Source: Faecousia sp.
GTDB lineage: Bacteria > Bacillota > Clostridia > Oscillospirales > Oscillospiraceae
Direction of reading: 5' to 3'
DNA: 64,000 bases
Assembly (NCBI GenBank): GCA_045647845.1
Contig: JAZRMV010000009.1
Span: forward strand, 24,489 to 88,488
In this document: positions 7,986 to 18,147 of the stretch, piece by piece
Position numbering within the stretch: position 1 is the stretch's first letter
How the letters are laid out: every line of letters starts with the position of its first letter
Made by a program: the position numbers and the translations under genes
Notes under the pieces: model-generated
The model's input: only the letters and a program-made list of their open reading frames with translations
What the model was told of the DNA's origin: nothing
The model's database searches: none

Positions 7986-9867
7986 GGCGTTTTCCTTTCT
8001 TGGCAACGGGCGGTTTCTTATGAGATTTCTGCGGTTTAGCAGGAGGTGCCTTTGGCGGCACGCTGCTGCTCTTTCTGGGAGGCACGGCACGAATCAGACA
8101 CTTGGGTCCGGAACCGATCAGATCCTCCCGGTGAGCTGTCATAAGTGCTTCTCGAACCAGGTAGTAGTTTTTTGGGTTGCGATACTGGATCAATGCCCGC
8201 TGCATGGCTTTTTCGTGGGGATCTGTGGGGACATAGACTCTTTCCATGGTTCTCGGATCAAATCCGGTGCAATACATGACGGTGGATAGGGTCGACGGAG
8301 TGGGGTAGAAGTCTTGCACCTGCTCTGGGTTGTAACCCATATCCCGAATGTATTCAGCCAGTTCGATGGCCTCTTTCAAAGTAGAACCCGGGTGGCTGGA
8401 CATCAGGTAGGGAACAAGGTATTGGTTCATGCCGAATTGCTTGTTGAGGGCAAAATATTTATCCACAAACCGATTGTACACGGAATTCTTGGGTTTTCCC
8501 ATGCGTGCAAGGACGGTGTCGGAGACGTGCTCCGGGGCAACTTTCAGCTGACCGGAAATGTGGTATTGCACCAATTCCTTAAAGAACGTATCCTTTTTGT
8601 CAGCAAGCAGATAATCAAATCGGATACCGCTTCGGACGAATACCTTCTTGACGCCGGGAATCTTCCGCAGTTTTCGCAGCAGAGCAACATAGTCCGAGTG
8701 GTCGCAGTTCATGTTCTTACAAGGAGCGGGGAAGAGGCACTGCCTACCGCCGCAAGCGCCCTTGGAGAGCTGCTTTTCGCAGGCGGGTTGGCGGAAATTT
8801 GCAGTTGGACCGCCCACATCGTGAATGTAACCCTTGAAGTCTTTGTCCTTCACCATAAGCTGCGCTTCTTCCAGTATAGATTCATGGCTTCTGGTTTGAA
8901 TAATCCGACCCTGATGGAAAGTAAGGGCGCAGAAAGAACAGGCGCCAAAGCAACCACGGTTGGAAACAAGACTGAATTTTACTTCTTCAATGGCAGGTAC
9001 ACCGCCAAGCTTTGCATAGCTGGGGTGCCAGGTGCGCATATAGTTTAACGAATAAACATCGTCCATTTCCTGGGTCGTCAGCGGTTTCTGGGGTGGATTC
9101 TGGACAACGTACTCTTTGCCGTAGGGTTCTGCTAAGCGTTTTGCGGTGAAAGGATCGCAGTTGCCGTATTGGATCTGGAACGACTTGGCATAAAGGCGCT
9201 TATCCTGCTTGATCTTGTCAAATTCGGGAAGAATTACAGTAGGGAGGGCGTCGTCCAGCTCTTTTGCCTTAAAAACAGTGCCGTCAATGTAGGTGATGTC
9301 CTGGATCTGCATGCCGGAATTGAGGGCATCTGCGATCTCAATAATGGAGCGCTCGCCCATGCCGTACATGAGAAGGTCTGCCTGGGAATCCAGCAAGATG
9401 GAACGCTTCATGGATTCGGACCAATAGTCATAGTGACCCAGGCGCCGCAGGCTTGCTTCAATACCACCGATCAGAATGGGAACATCTTTATATGTGCGGC
9501 GGATCAGATTGCAGTATACCACAGTGGCATAATCCGGGCGCTTACCCATGACACCACCGGCGGTAAATGCATCGGTTTTGCGTTTTGTTTTGGTTACGGA
9601 ATAATGGTTGACCATGGAGTCCATATTGCCGCCGGAGACCAAAAATCCCAGCCGGGGACGGCCGAATACATCAATGGATTTCGGATTCTTCCAGTCAGGT
9701 TGGGAGATGATGCCCACGGTGTATCCGTGCTTTTCCAATACCCGGCTGATGATGGCATGGCCGAAGGAAGGGTGATCTACATAGGCATCACCAATGACAT
9801 AAACGAAGTCACATTCCTGCCAGCCTCGTTCTTTCATTTCTTGTTTGTTGATGGGCAGAAAATCCAT
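7978..9867 (-). CDS. YgiQ/UPF0313-family radical SAM protein
   Basis: [29 protein letters not shown] and QVQDFYPTP. Confidence 0.93.
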   Translation of the reverse strand: MDFLPINKQEMKERGWQECDFVYVIGDAYVDHPSFGHAIISRVLEKHGYTVGIISQPDWKNPKSIDVFGRPRLGFLVSGGNMDSMVNHYSVTKTKRKTDAFTAGGVMGKRPDYATVVYCNLIRRTYKDVPILIGGIEASLRRLGHYDYWSESMKRSILLDSQADLLMYGMGERSIIEIADALNSGMQIQDITYIDGTVFKAKELDDALPTVILPEFDKIKQDKRLYAKSFQIQYGNCDPFTAKRLAEPYGKEYVVQNPPQKPLTTQEMDDVYSLNYMRTWHPSYAKLGGVPAIEEVKFSLVSNRGCFGACSFCALTFHQGRIIQTRSHESILEEAQLMVKDKDFKGYIHDVGGPTANFRQPACEKQLSKGACGGRQCLFPAPCKNMNCDHSDYVALLRKLRKIPGVKKVFVRSGIRFDYLLADKKDTFFKELVQYHISGQLKVAPEHVSDTVLARMGKPKNSVYNRFVDKYFALNKQFGMNQYLVPYLMSSHPGSTLKEAIELAEYIRDMGYNPEQVQDFYPTPSTLSTVMYCTGFDPRTMERVYVPTDPHEKAMQRALIQYRNPKNYYLVREALMTAHREDLIGSGPKCLIRAVPPRKSSSVPPKAPPAKPQKSHKKPPVAKKGKRHG

Positions 9868-9981
9868 AGTCACCCTCCGTTTCCTGATTTTCATCAGTAT
9901 AACATAAAATCAGTTAAAAGGGAAGTGTGACTTGACTTTAATTGAAATTTCATTATAATTTCATTGAAAGGAAGTGGCGTT

Positions 9982-10176
9982 ATGGCAGTGAAATTGAATC
10001 CCGATCAGGAAATGGTCAACTCTATTAAAGAGGGTCTGAAACGCACCGGAGGATATTGCCCGTGCCGTGTGCAGCGCACAGAGGACAATAAGTGCATTTG
10101 CAAGGAATTTCGTGAACAGATCGCAGATCCTGACTTTAAGGGCTACTGTCATTGCCTGCTGTATTACAAGGATTAA
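9982..10176 (+). CDS. Ferredoxin-thioredoxin reductase catalytic beta-chain-like protein
   Basis: 64 aa with CPC, CIC and CHC motifs; TTGACT-N16-TATAAT upstream. Confidence 0.85.
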   Translation: MAVKLNPDQEMVNSIKEGLKRTGGYCPCRVQRTEDNKCICKEFREQIADPDFKGYCHCLLYYKD

Positions 10177-10264
10177 ATTTTTGCAGAAATACCCGAAAAA
10201 GGTGTTGACAAAGTAGTTAGACCGTGTTATTATAGCGTGGCGACTGGAAGTCCGGTTGCTTTAT

Positions 10265-10352
10265 GGGCGAGTGGTGGAATTGGCAGACTCGCTAGATTCA
10301 GGTTCTAGTGTTCATTGCGGACGTGCGGGTTCAAGTCCCGCCTCGCCCACCA
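10265..10352 (+). tRNA. tRNA-Leu(CAG)
   Basis: GGGCGAG...CTAGA-TT-CAG-GT-TCTAG, long variable arm, CTCGCCC-A-CCA; TTGACA promoter upstream and terminator downstream. Confidence 0.97.
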
Positions 10353-10459
10353 TCAGAAAAACCACATTTGTTTCGACAAATGTGGTTTTTTCTATTCTTT
10401 TCTTGCTATTTAGGCAAAACCGTGATATGGTAAGCAAAAACCATAAGGAGGCATAATGT

Positions 10460-11182
10460 ATGAGTCAATTTTGGAACGGTTTTTTGTTGGAAGAATTCGA
10501 ATTTGAGGGTATGCCCGCACTGGTGGTTCACCCGCAGAAGAGCATCGGCAGATTGGCGATCAAAATGGAATACTGGGACGCTTTTCCCGACACGGAAATT
10601 GCGCTGCTGAAAAAAGGCTTCTACCTTTGTTATATCAAAAATGAAACCAGATTTGCAATCGATAATGATGTGGATCGGAAAGCAAGATTTATATGCTATG
10701 TGGCTGAGAAATTCGGCTTGAAGCAGTCTGTTGTTCCCGTGGGTATGAGCTGCGGCGGTTTGTGGGCCATTAAATTTGCTGCCCGTCATCCGGAGTTGGT
10801 GGATTGCTTATATTTGGACGCACCGGTGCTGAATTACATGAGCTGGCCTTGCGGTTTTGGTGTGGCTAGCGACAATATTACACAGGCGCAGATTAATGAA
10901 GCACTGAAAGCCCATGGCATGAGCAGCATTTCGGAGCTGATTTGCTATCGGGAAATGCCGTTGGATAAGATCCCGGTGTTGATCGCAAATAAGATACCTG
11001 TAATCATGGTGGCCGGTGGTAAGGATCGGGTTGTTCCCTATGTGGAGAACGGTTTGTATTTGCAGAAGGCCTACGAAGCAGCCGGTGCAACTTTGAAGGT
11101 GTTTATCAAGCCAGACTGTGATCATCATCCTCACAGTCTGGAAGACCCGACTCCCATCGTGGAGTTTATTATGAACCATTGA
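10460..11182 (+). CDS. Alpha/beta hydrolase
   Basis: Nucleophile elbow GMSCGG, D(RVVP) and the HHPH catalytic His region. Confidence 0.85.
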   Translation: MSQFWNGFLLEEFEFEGMPALVVHPQKSIGRLAIKMEYWDAFPDTEIALLKKGFYLCYIKNETRFAIDNDVDRKARFICYVAEKFGLKQSVVPVGMSCGGLWAIKFAARHPELVDCLYLDAPVLNYMSWPCGFGVASDNITQAQINEALKAHGMSSISELICYREMPLDKIPVLIANKIPVIMVAGGKDRVVPYVENGLYLQKAYEAAGATLKVFIKPDCDHHPHSLEDPTPIVEFIMNH

Positions 11183-11297
11183 AAAAAGGCGTCCAAAGGG
11201 CGCCTTTTTTATTTTATGTACAAGTATTGTAATATTTTGCCGGAAACTGTGTTGACTTTGTCGGGCAATGTATGTATAATAAAGGCATGTAAATACC

Positions 11298-11468
11298 AAT
11301 GATGCTTTTCGGAACGGTTTGGACCGAAAAGAAGAGGACTCTCTGGAGAACACATTGAGTTGTGTGCCGAAGGTGCAAGGCAAAAGCCGAATCTCTCAGG
11401 CAAAAGGACAGAGTGCTTATTGTGCATACTATGCATTGCCGGCAGTCCTCATGGGATTGCTTATTTTT
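11298..11468 (+). promoter_or_regulatory. Singlet glycine riboswitch with terminator, upstream of glyA
   Basis: CTCTGGAGA...CCGAAGGTGCAA...CTCTCAGG...GGACAGAG aptamer (11341-11413) preceded by a plain hairpin (11305-11331). Terminator GCAGTCC/GGGATTGC-TTATTTTT; promoter TTGACT-N17-TATAAT at 11252-11280. Confidence 0.9.
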
Positions 11469-11488
11469 ATATAAAGGAAGGTTATATT

Positions 11489-12742
11489 ATGCACGGGAAA
11501 CCCATTGATGCCATCGGATTTGTTTCTGATTATGATCCTGAAATTTCTGCCTTAATGCAGTTGGAGTTAAATCGCCAGCAGGATGGTTTGGAACTGATCG
11601 CATCTGAAAATTTTGCTTCTCCTGCAGTGATTGCCGCAATGGGATCGATCCTGACCAACAAGTATGCAGAAGGCTTGCCCGGAAAGCGTTACTATGGCGG
11701 TTGCGTCCATGTGGACGAGTTGGAATCCATTTGTATCGAGCGTGCAAAGCAGCTGTTTGGCGCTGATTTTGCCAATGTGCAGCCTCACTCCGGCGCCCAG
11801 GCGAATATGGCCGTGCAGCTGGCAATTTTGCAGCCCGGTGACACGCTGATGGGCATGAGCCTTGCCAACGGCGGCCATTTGTCCCACGGCAGCCCCTCCA
11901 ATATTTCCGGCAAGTACTACAATGTGGTTTCTTATGATGTGAACCATGAGACCGGTTTGATCGATTACGACGAGATTCGGGATCTGGCGAAGAAGAATCA
12001 GCCGAAGCTGATCATTGCCGGTGCATCTGCATATCCTCGGGCGATCGATTTCAGCATTTTTGCGGATATTGCCCATGAAGTTGGCGCTGTGTTTATGGTG
12101 GACATGGCCCATATTGCCGGCTTGGTTGCGGGCGGTGTTCATCAGAACCCCGTTCCTTATGCGGATATCGTAACCACCACCACCCACAAGACCCTCCGTG
12201 GCCCTCGGGGCGGCTTGATTTTGGGCAAGGAAGAATTTGCCAAGAAGATCAATTCTGCCGTTTTCCCCGGCACTCAGGGCGGCCCGCTGGAACATGTGAT
12301 TGCTGCTAAGGCAGTTTGCCTCAGAGAGGCAATGCAGCCGGAGTTTAAGACTTATGCCCAGAATGTGGTAAAGAATGCCAAGGCTATGGCAGCAGCACTG
12401 TTGGACGAAGGCTTTGACCTGGTCACCGGTGGCACGGATAACCACTTGATGCTGGCTGATCTGCGGCCCATGAATATTACCGGCAAGGAATTGCAGGTTC
12501 GTTGTGATGAAAACCACATCACCTTGAATAAGAATGCGATTCCTAACGATCCGGAGAAGCCCACCGTTACCAGTGGTGTTCGGATCGGTACTGCCGCAGT
12601 TACCACCCGTGGCCTCGGTGAGACAGAAATGAAGCGGATCGCTCATTGCATCGCTTTGACTGCTAAGGACTTTGAGGGCACTGCCGCTCAGGTTCGTGAG
12701 ACGGTCGCGGATATTTGCGAGCAATTCCCTTTGTATAAGTAA
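11489..12742 (+). CDS. glyA: Serine hydroxymethyltransferase
   Basis: LIASENF, NKYAEG, GGHLSHG and [13 protein letters not shown] (PLP Lys). Start reassigned after the AAGGAAGG RBS. Confidence 0.97.
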   Translation: MHGKPIDAIGFVSDYDPEISALMQLELNRQQDGLELIASENFASPAVIAAMGSILTNKYAEGLPGKRYYGGCVHVDELESICIERAKQLFGADFANVQPHSGAQANMAVQLAILQPGDTLMGMSLANGGHLSHGSPSNISGKYYNVVSYDVNHETGLIDYDEIRDLAKKNQPKLIIAGASAYPRAIDFSIFADIAHEVGAVFMVDMAHIAGLVAGGVHQNPVPYADIVTTTTHKTLRGPRGGLILGKEEFAKKINSAVFPGTQGGPLEHVIAAKAVCLREAMQPEFKTYAQNVVKNAKAMAAALLDEGFDLVTGGTDNHLMLADLRPMNITGKELQVRCDENHITLNKNAIPNDPEKPTVTSGVRIGTAAVTTRGLGETEMKRIAHCIALTAKDFEGTAAQVRETVADICEQFPLYK

Positions 12743-12778
12743 AAAATTGGGCAGCCATTTGGCTGCCCAAGCTTAATT

Positions 12779-13612
12779 TTATTGAAAACGACGGGCATAA
12801 CCGCATTTGCGGCATAATTCCTCTGTGATCTTTCGCTGGGAAAAGCCGTCGTATATGGCTTTTGCTCGTTGGGAATTTAAAATCTCATCTAAATCTTGTT
12901 CCAGTAGATTCCCCAGCGCCAGATCTCCGTCGTGATCTAAGCAGCAGGGGACCACTGTTCCGTCGCACAAAACGCCGATCTGATCCCTCAAACCGTAGCA
13001 GAATCCTTGTTCGCTGCCTTCGGGACAATTCAAATCCGGCCAGTCGAAGCGTTCGCCATATTCCAGGTAAATGCCGTTTTCCAGGCGGATTCCACGATTT
13101 TCTTCTGCCCAGTTTCCTGGGAAATATTGGTGCATGAGGTCAAGAATTTGGTGATTCATCGTTTCAGTGCCTTGATTCCACAGCCGATAGCATACGATCT
13201 TTTTGCCCGTTGCGGATTGGCCGAATTCAAAGCAGTAGCGTAGGTATTCAGAAAAGGGAACTGCCAGGTCATTGGCCTCAAAGGCGTGGAGGGAAATGTT
13301 TACTTTGTGCACGGCACTGCTTTGGAGCAAAAGATCGCCTTTTGTGCGCAGAAGTGTGCCGTTGGTGGTGATGATCACCCGGAAGCCGGCAATTCCTGCC
13401 AGTTCCAGATATCGTTCCAGTTTGGGGTGGCACAGCGGCTCGCCCATAAGGTGGAAGTATAGGAAATCTGTCCAGGAGCGAAGCTTGTCTAAAACGGCAG
13501 TAAATTCTGTTTCACCCATGGCCTGTGCAGTTCGCTTAGTGCCGGGGCAAAATGTACAGTTTAAGTTGCAGATGTTGGAAATTTCAAGATAAATTTTGCG
13601 AAACCGTTTCAT
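12779..13612 (-). CDS. Radical SAM/SPASM-domain protein
   Basis: CNLNCTFC, GEP, and C-terminal CYG...VPCC...CRKC. Confidence 0.9.
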   Translation of the reverse strand: MKRFRKIYLEISNICNLNCTFCPGTKRTAQAMGETEFTAVLDKLRSWTDFLYFHLMGEPLCHPKLERYLELAGIAGFRVIITTNGTLLRTKGDLLLQSSAVHKVNISLHAFEANDLAVPFSEYLRYCFEFGQSATGKKIVCYRLWNQGTETMNHQILDLMHQYFPGNWAEENRGIRLENGIYLEYGERFDWPDLNCPEGSEQGFCYGLRDQIGVLCDGTVVPCCLDHDGDLALGNLLEQDLDEILNSQRAKAIYDGFSQRKITEELCRKCGYARRFQ

Positions 13613-13693
13613 ACTTCACCGCCTCCTGTGTTTTTCATAGTATAGCACAGATCCGATGAAAAGGAAACATATACTTTTTAGGGAGTGATCGTA

Positions 13694-14494
13694 ATGGCTT
13701 TGTTTGGTATGCCCACTTTAATTGAAGCGCAATCTGTCCAGGAGGCAACGTCACTTTGCGGAGAACTGGGACTTTCTTTCCTGGAATTGAATACGAATTT
13801 TCCGCTGCATCAGCCTCATCTTCTTGACACGAAGCAGCTGAACGATCTGGCGAAGAAATACGGCATTTTCTATACCATTCACTTAAATGATGAAATGTCC
13901 GTTGCGGAGTTTAACCCAGATGTTGCTGCCGGCTATCGGCAGGCGGTATTGAATACCATTGATCTTGCTAAGAAGATTGGAGCGAAGAAACTGAATATGC
14001 ATCTTGCTGAGGGCGCGCATTATACCATGCCCGATCGGATCGTATATTTTTACGATGCCTATATTGATGAATATCTGGCCGGCATTACAAAATTCCGGGA
14101 GCTTTGCGAGAAAGAGATTGGCGACAGCGATATTACAGTTTGCATAGAAAATGTTACGCCTTTCAAAGGTTTTCAGAAGAAAGCGCTTGAAGTGCTGCTG
14201 GAAAGTCCTTCGTTTGCCCTTACGCTGGATGTGGGACACAATTATTGTGCAGCAAATGCAGATGAGGACTGGATCCTTGCCCATAAAGATCGGTTGAAGC
14301 ACATGCATCTGCATGACGCAAAAGACGGCAAAAAGGATCATCTAGCTCTCGGTAAAGGTCAGATCGATATTGTCGGTGCACTGAATTTAGCGGATTCCTG
14401 CGGCTGTACGGTGGTCTTGGAAACCAAGACTGTGGAAGGACTTCGGGAGTCTGTCCGCTGGGTGAAAGAGCACGGGTATATTGTTGAAATATAA
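13694..14494 (+). CDS. Sugar phosphate isomerase/epimerase (AP endonuclease 2-like TIM barrel)
   Basis: IEN, LDVGH, HMHLHD, DHL and VLE metal-ligand pattern. Start uncertain (13685 or 13694). Confidence 0.82.
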   Translation: MALFGMPTLIEAQSVQEATSLCGELGLSFLELNTNFPLHQPHLLDTKQLNDLAKKYGIFYTIHLNDEMSVAEFNPDVAAGYRQAVLNTIDLAKKIGAKKLNMHLAEGAHYTMPDRIVYFYDAYIDEYLAGITKFRELCEKEIGDSDITVCIENVTPFKGFQKKALEVLLESPSFALTLDVGHNYCAANADEDWILAHKDRLKHMHLHDAKDGKKDHLALGKGQIDIVGALNLADSCGCTVVLETKTVEGLRESVRWVKEHGYIVEI

Positions 14495-14590
14495 CATATG
14501 CGCTGATATTAAATACAGCTTGCTTTTTCGATTCGTTATGATATACTGATGGTGTAGTTAACAAATTAATTGGGAAGGTCGATGTTTTGT

Positions 14591-15667
14591 ATGAGCTATA
14601 TGGAAATTCCTTGTAAAAACTACAAAGTGATCATTGAAGAACCTCAGCTTTATGTGGATAACAAAAGTCGGGGCAGAAGCGGTCATATGACCCACGCCTT
14701 GGCGGAATTTGCGCCGGGTTGTTTTATCGATTTTAATTCCAATTGCTCCCCTGTTCGGTGGAGTGGACATTCTCCTTACGGATGGGTGGAGTACCGGATC
14801 TCAAAGGATTGCGGCAAAACCTATTCAGAAACAAAGGCTCTGCCTTATTCTGTGGACTGCTTTAAAGATGGCCTGCATATGATCTCGGTGGAAAAAGCCG
14901 TTGCCTGTGATGATGGAACGATCGTGGCATTTTGCCTGCGTAATGATGGCTTGGGCCCGACCTGCTGTGAGCCTTGGGATACACCTCGTTATGTAATCAG
15001 CCGCGATGGCGGTGAGACCTGGTCTGCTCCTGCGGAGTTTTCGCCTTACAAGGGACGTACTTATGCTGCGCTGTATCATGACGGTAGGATTTATGCGCTT
15101 CACCTATGCAACGAACGGTTCACTGGAAAGGACGAAACTCATTTGTTCCGTATTTATTGCAGTGACGACAATGGTGCAAGCTTTTATGAGCACTGCGTCG
15201 TTCCGATTGAGCCGATCGGTAAAAATTATGGCGCAATGATTTTTGATAACAGTGGTGTGCTCCATGTATATTGCCATAATGATAATGACAATTTTAGCAT
15301 GGATCATGCAATCAGCTATGACTGCGGTTCAACCTGGACAGTGTGTGAGCCTTGCAAGGTGGAGAAGGGTATTCGCAATCCCCAGGTGGCGTTGCTGGAT
15401 GGTGTTTTCCTTCTGCATGCGCGGACGGAGGATTATTCAGGCTTTGTGCTTTATACTTCTGAGGACGGCTACTGTTGGGATGAAGGTACGCTCATTGTGG
15501 CGAACAAGGGCGCAGCTGCATTTTATTCCAATAACCTGAACCTGACGGACGAAAAGGGAAATTTCTTGCTGGTTCAATATTCTGACCGGTATGTTTCGGA
15601 GCAATTCCCGGAGCCGCCCAATTGCCGCGTTAATGTCATGCATATGAATCTTAGAATTAAGAAGTGA
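14591..15667 (+). CDS. BNR/Asp-box repeat sialidase-like beta-propeller protein
   Basis: Five Asp-boxes (SKDCGKTY, SRDGGETW, SDDNGASF, SYDCGSTW, SEDGYCW); no signal peptide; start uncertain. Confidence 0.75.
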   Translation: MSYMEIPCKNYKVIIEEPQLYVDNKSRGRSGHMTHALAEFAPGCFIDFNSNCSPVRWSGHSPYGWVEYRISKDCGKTYSETKALPYSVDCFKDGLHMISVEKAVACDDGTIVAFCLRNDGLGPTCCEPWDTPRYVISRDGGETWSAPAEFSPYKGRTYAALYHDGRIYALHLCNERFTGKDETHLFRIYCSDDNGASFYEHCVVPIEPIGKNYGAMIFDNSGVLHVYCHNDNDNFSMDHAISYDCGSTWTVCEPCKVEKGIRNPQVALLDGVFLLHARTEDYSGFVLYTSEDGYCWDEGTLIVANKGAAAFYSNNLNLTDEKGNFLLVQYSDRYVSEQFPEPPNCRVNVMHMNLRIKK

Positions 15668-15705
15668 AATAAAACACCACCCAGATGGGTGGTGTTTTTT
15701 TGCAG

Positions 15706-15859
15706 TGTTGAGCCGATGGCAGACGAGTTAATTAATGCTGTGTTCCGTCGACCGTCGGCGACTACGCTCGTTCGCGTTACATTTCTATGTTCGATTCTCT
15801 CATCTAACAACTATACCAATAAAAAACCGTCCTTTGGGCGGCTTTTTTATTGGTGGAGC
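15706..15859 (-). repeat. Degenerate second copy of the tmRNA-tail repeat unit
   Basis: 15744-15859 is a diverged direct repeat of 17647-17765, including TGGTGGAGC, the terminator and the inverted T-arm. Confidence 0.85.
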
Positions 15860-15985
15860 AGATGTTGTTAAAGACGAACTAAATAAACCGATTAGTTACT
15901 GGAATTGACCGAATAGACAAAAATCAATATTTCCTGTTTCTAATTTGCTATGATGACATTACGAACAAAAAGGAGGATGACATAA

Positions 15986-16711
15986 ATGCAAGAAATAAAC
16001 ACAATTGAGCTTGTCAAGCAGTATCGGAATCTGACTGCTGTGGACAAGTTGAGTTTAGAAATTCAGCAGGGTGAATTGTTCTCTCTTCTCGGTGTGAATG
16101 GTGCCGGAAAGACTACGGTTATTAAAATGCTTTCCTGCCTGACAAAACCTACGAGTGGAGATGCTGTTGTCGGTGGATACAGCATTACAAATGAACCGAA
16201 ACAGGTAAAGCGGCTAATCGGCGTATCTCCCCAAGAAACCGCAGTTGCTCCTAACCTTTCCGTAAAAGAGAATTTGGAACTAATCTGCGGTATCCACGGC
16301 TTTTCAAAAGAAAAAACGAAAGCAAAGGTACAGGAACTTTCTGAGCAGTTTTCTCTGGACAGTGTTCTTCCGAGGAAGGCAGGCAAGTTATCCGGTGGCT
16401 GGCAGCGACGTGTCAGTATTGCTATGGCATTGATTAGCGAACCCCGAATTCTATTCTTGGACGAACCCACGCTTGGTTTGGATGTCCTTGCAAGGCACGA
16501 TCTTTGGGAATCGATATGTGCTTTGAAAGGTAAGATAACGATCATCCTGACAACGCACTATATGGAAGAAGCTGAAGCACTCTCTGACCGCATAGGTATT
16601 ATGAAAAGCGGTAGACTTCTTGCAGTAGGAACAGTAGAAGAATTGAACGCTACGGCTGGAACAAATGATTTTGAAACCGCCTTCGTTTCTATTGTAAAGG
16701 AGGGTGCGTAA
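15986..16711 (+). CDS. ABC transporter ATP-binding protein (ABC-2/drug export type)
   Basis: GVNGAGKT, LSGG, LDEPT and TTHYMEEA. Confidence 0.93.
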   Translation: MQEINTIELVKQYRNLTAVDKLSLEIQQGELFSLLGVNGAGKTTVIKMLSCLTKPTSGDAVVGGYSITNEPKQVKRLIGVSPQETAVAPNLSVKENLELICGIHGFSKEKTKAKVQELSEQFSLDSVLPRKAGKLSGGWQRRVSIAMALISEPRILFLDEPTLGLDVLARHDLWESICALKGKITIILTTHYMEEAEALSDRIGIMKSGRLLAVGTVEELNATAGTNDFETAFVSIVKEGA

Positions 16712-17442
16712 TGAGAACGGTGACTTTTGCTAAGAGATGTGCCAAAGAGATTTTGAGAGATCCAATCAATCTTGTTTTTGGATTGGGTTTTCCATTGGTC
16801 TTGTTAGTGCTTTTAAGTGCTATTCAAGCGAATATTCCGGTGAACTTGTTTGAGATTAACACACTGACTCCGGGTATTACCGTATTCGGATTGTCGTTTG
16901 TGACACTTTTTTCAGCAACGCTGATTGCCAAAGACCGGGAAAGTGCCCTTTTGCAGAGATTGTACACAACACCCCTTACGGGATTTGATTTCATTATGGG
17001 CTATATGCTCCCGATCCTGCCCATCGCAATCGGGCAGACCATAATCTGCTATTTGTTTGCGATTCCTTTAGGACTCGAAGTGAGTGTAAACATTATTTTT
17101 TCCGTTATTGGCATTATCCCCATGGCAATATTTAATATTGCACTCGGACTTTTGTGTGGCAGTGTTTTGGGAGTGAAACAGGTTGGCGGTATTTGCGGAG
17201 CACTACTTACCAATCTTTCTGCTTGGTTTTCGGGCGTTTGGTTTGATTTGAATCTTGTGGGAGGTGCTTTCAAAAAAATAGCAAATGCACTTCCGTTTGT
17301 TCACGCAGCAGAACTGGAAAAAGCGTTGTTTAATGGGATTTTTGAGGATGCAGCTTCACACATCCTACCGATTATTCTGTATAGCATAGTAATAACTGCG
17401 GCGGCTGTATTCTGTTTCCTTAGACAAATGAAGCGGCAGTAA
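16711..17442 (+). CDS. ABC-2 type permease
   Basis: About six TM segments, DRES..LQRL..TPL motif; translationally coupled (TAATG). Confidence 0.9.
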   Translation: MRTVTFAKRCAKEILRDPINLVFGLGFPLVLLVLLSAIQANIPVNLFEINTLTPGITVFGLSFVTLFSATLIAKDRESALLQRLYTTPLTGFDFIMGYMLPILPIAIGQTIICYLFAIPLGLEVSVNIIFSVIGIIPMAIFNIALGLLCGSVLGVKQVGGICGALLTNLSAWFSGVWFDLNLVGGAFKKIANALPFVHAAELEKALFNGIFEDAASHILPIILYSIVITAAAVFCFLRQMKRQ

Positions 17443-17589
17443 GGATATGAAGCACGAAACATACGATGATTGGATGCTAAAAATAGTCAAAGGCAGATTT
17501 CTATTTATGGCTTTGCATATGTATGCTTAGAAATAAACGATAAAGGCGAATCCATCTCCCAAAGGAAATGGGTTCGCCTTTAACTTGTT

Positions 17590-17775
17590 TGGTGGAGCCG
17601 AGGGGAATGGATTTGCATTTTCGCTTCGCGAAAATATAGGAGCGCCTCCGTCGAGCCGTCGGCGGAAACGCTCGTTCGCGTTGCATTTCTACGTTCGATT
17701 CCCTCATCTAACAATTATACCAACAAAAAAACCACCCTTTTGGGTGGCTTTTTTGTTGGTGGAGCCGAGGGGAAT
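17590..17775 (-). repeat. tmRNA-tail structured repeat unit, 167-bp period
   Basis: 19-bp direct repeat TGGTGGAGCCGAGGGGAAT at 17590-17608 and 17757-17775. Between them lie a terminator, an inverted T-arm (17693-17705) and three hairpins. Confidence 0.85.
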
Positions 17776-18104
17776 CGAACCCCTGTCCGAAAGCAACTTG
17801 GAAGGAACTTCTCCGGGTGCAGTTTGTTATTTACATTCCCTTATTCCGGCGGGAACAAACACCCTACGGAACTTGGTAGCTTCATGATGCGTGGTGCGCT
17901 CAAAGCTTTGCGCACGCACGGTCTCCACTCAGATGACACCCTAGCCCGGCTCGTGGACCTTCCGGGGAGGATGCGCGCCTAATTAGGCAGCGAATGCAAC
18001 AGTATTGTTGTCAGTTAAATTTAAAAAGTACCCGTTTTATCGTGGTCAGGCGCCACGACCCGCTATTCCAGCCTCACTACCCCCGTCGAAACCAGTACGG
18101 CCCC
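17757..18104 (-). ncRNA. ssrA: tmRNA, tag (A)DNNTVAFAA
   Basis: 5' GGGGCCGTACTGGTTTCGAC and 3' GGGTTCGATTCCCCTCGGCTCCACCA. Tag frame GAC AAC AAT ACT GTT GCA TTC GCT GCC TAA; near smpB. Confidence 0.97.
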
Positions 18105-18147
18105 ATATTGGCGGTGGAACGGCTGGCGTTCCACCGTTATAAATCAA

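Larger units (their letters stand above)
15851..17598. mobile_element. Integrase-less genomic islet inserted in the tmRNA 3' tail
   Basis: Bounded by the direct repeat TGGTGGAGC (15851-15859, 17590-17598) and a 12/13 subterminal inverted repeat GTTAAAGACGAAC / GTTCGCCTTTAAC. The cargo looks more AT-rich by eye. Confidence 0.65.

Noticed and set aside
7940-8025. KKPPVAKK at the YgiQ C-terminus and KKPPIAKK at the next protein's N-terminus
   Set aside because: Low-complexity Lys/Pro sequence with weak DNA identity; chance cannot be excluded.
10256-10456. 66-aa ORF
   Set aside because: It overlaps tRNA-Leu and is spurious.
11360-11488. N-terminal extension of GlyA in the ORF track (similarly ValS, HolA, RplA)
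   Set aside because: It overlaps regulatory RNA or the upstream gene; starts were reassigned by RBS position.
17590-17710. Second tRNA or tmRNA gene
   Set aside because: Only a duplicated 3' end is present; there is no 5' acceptor strand or D-arm.
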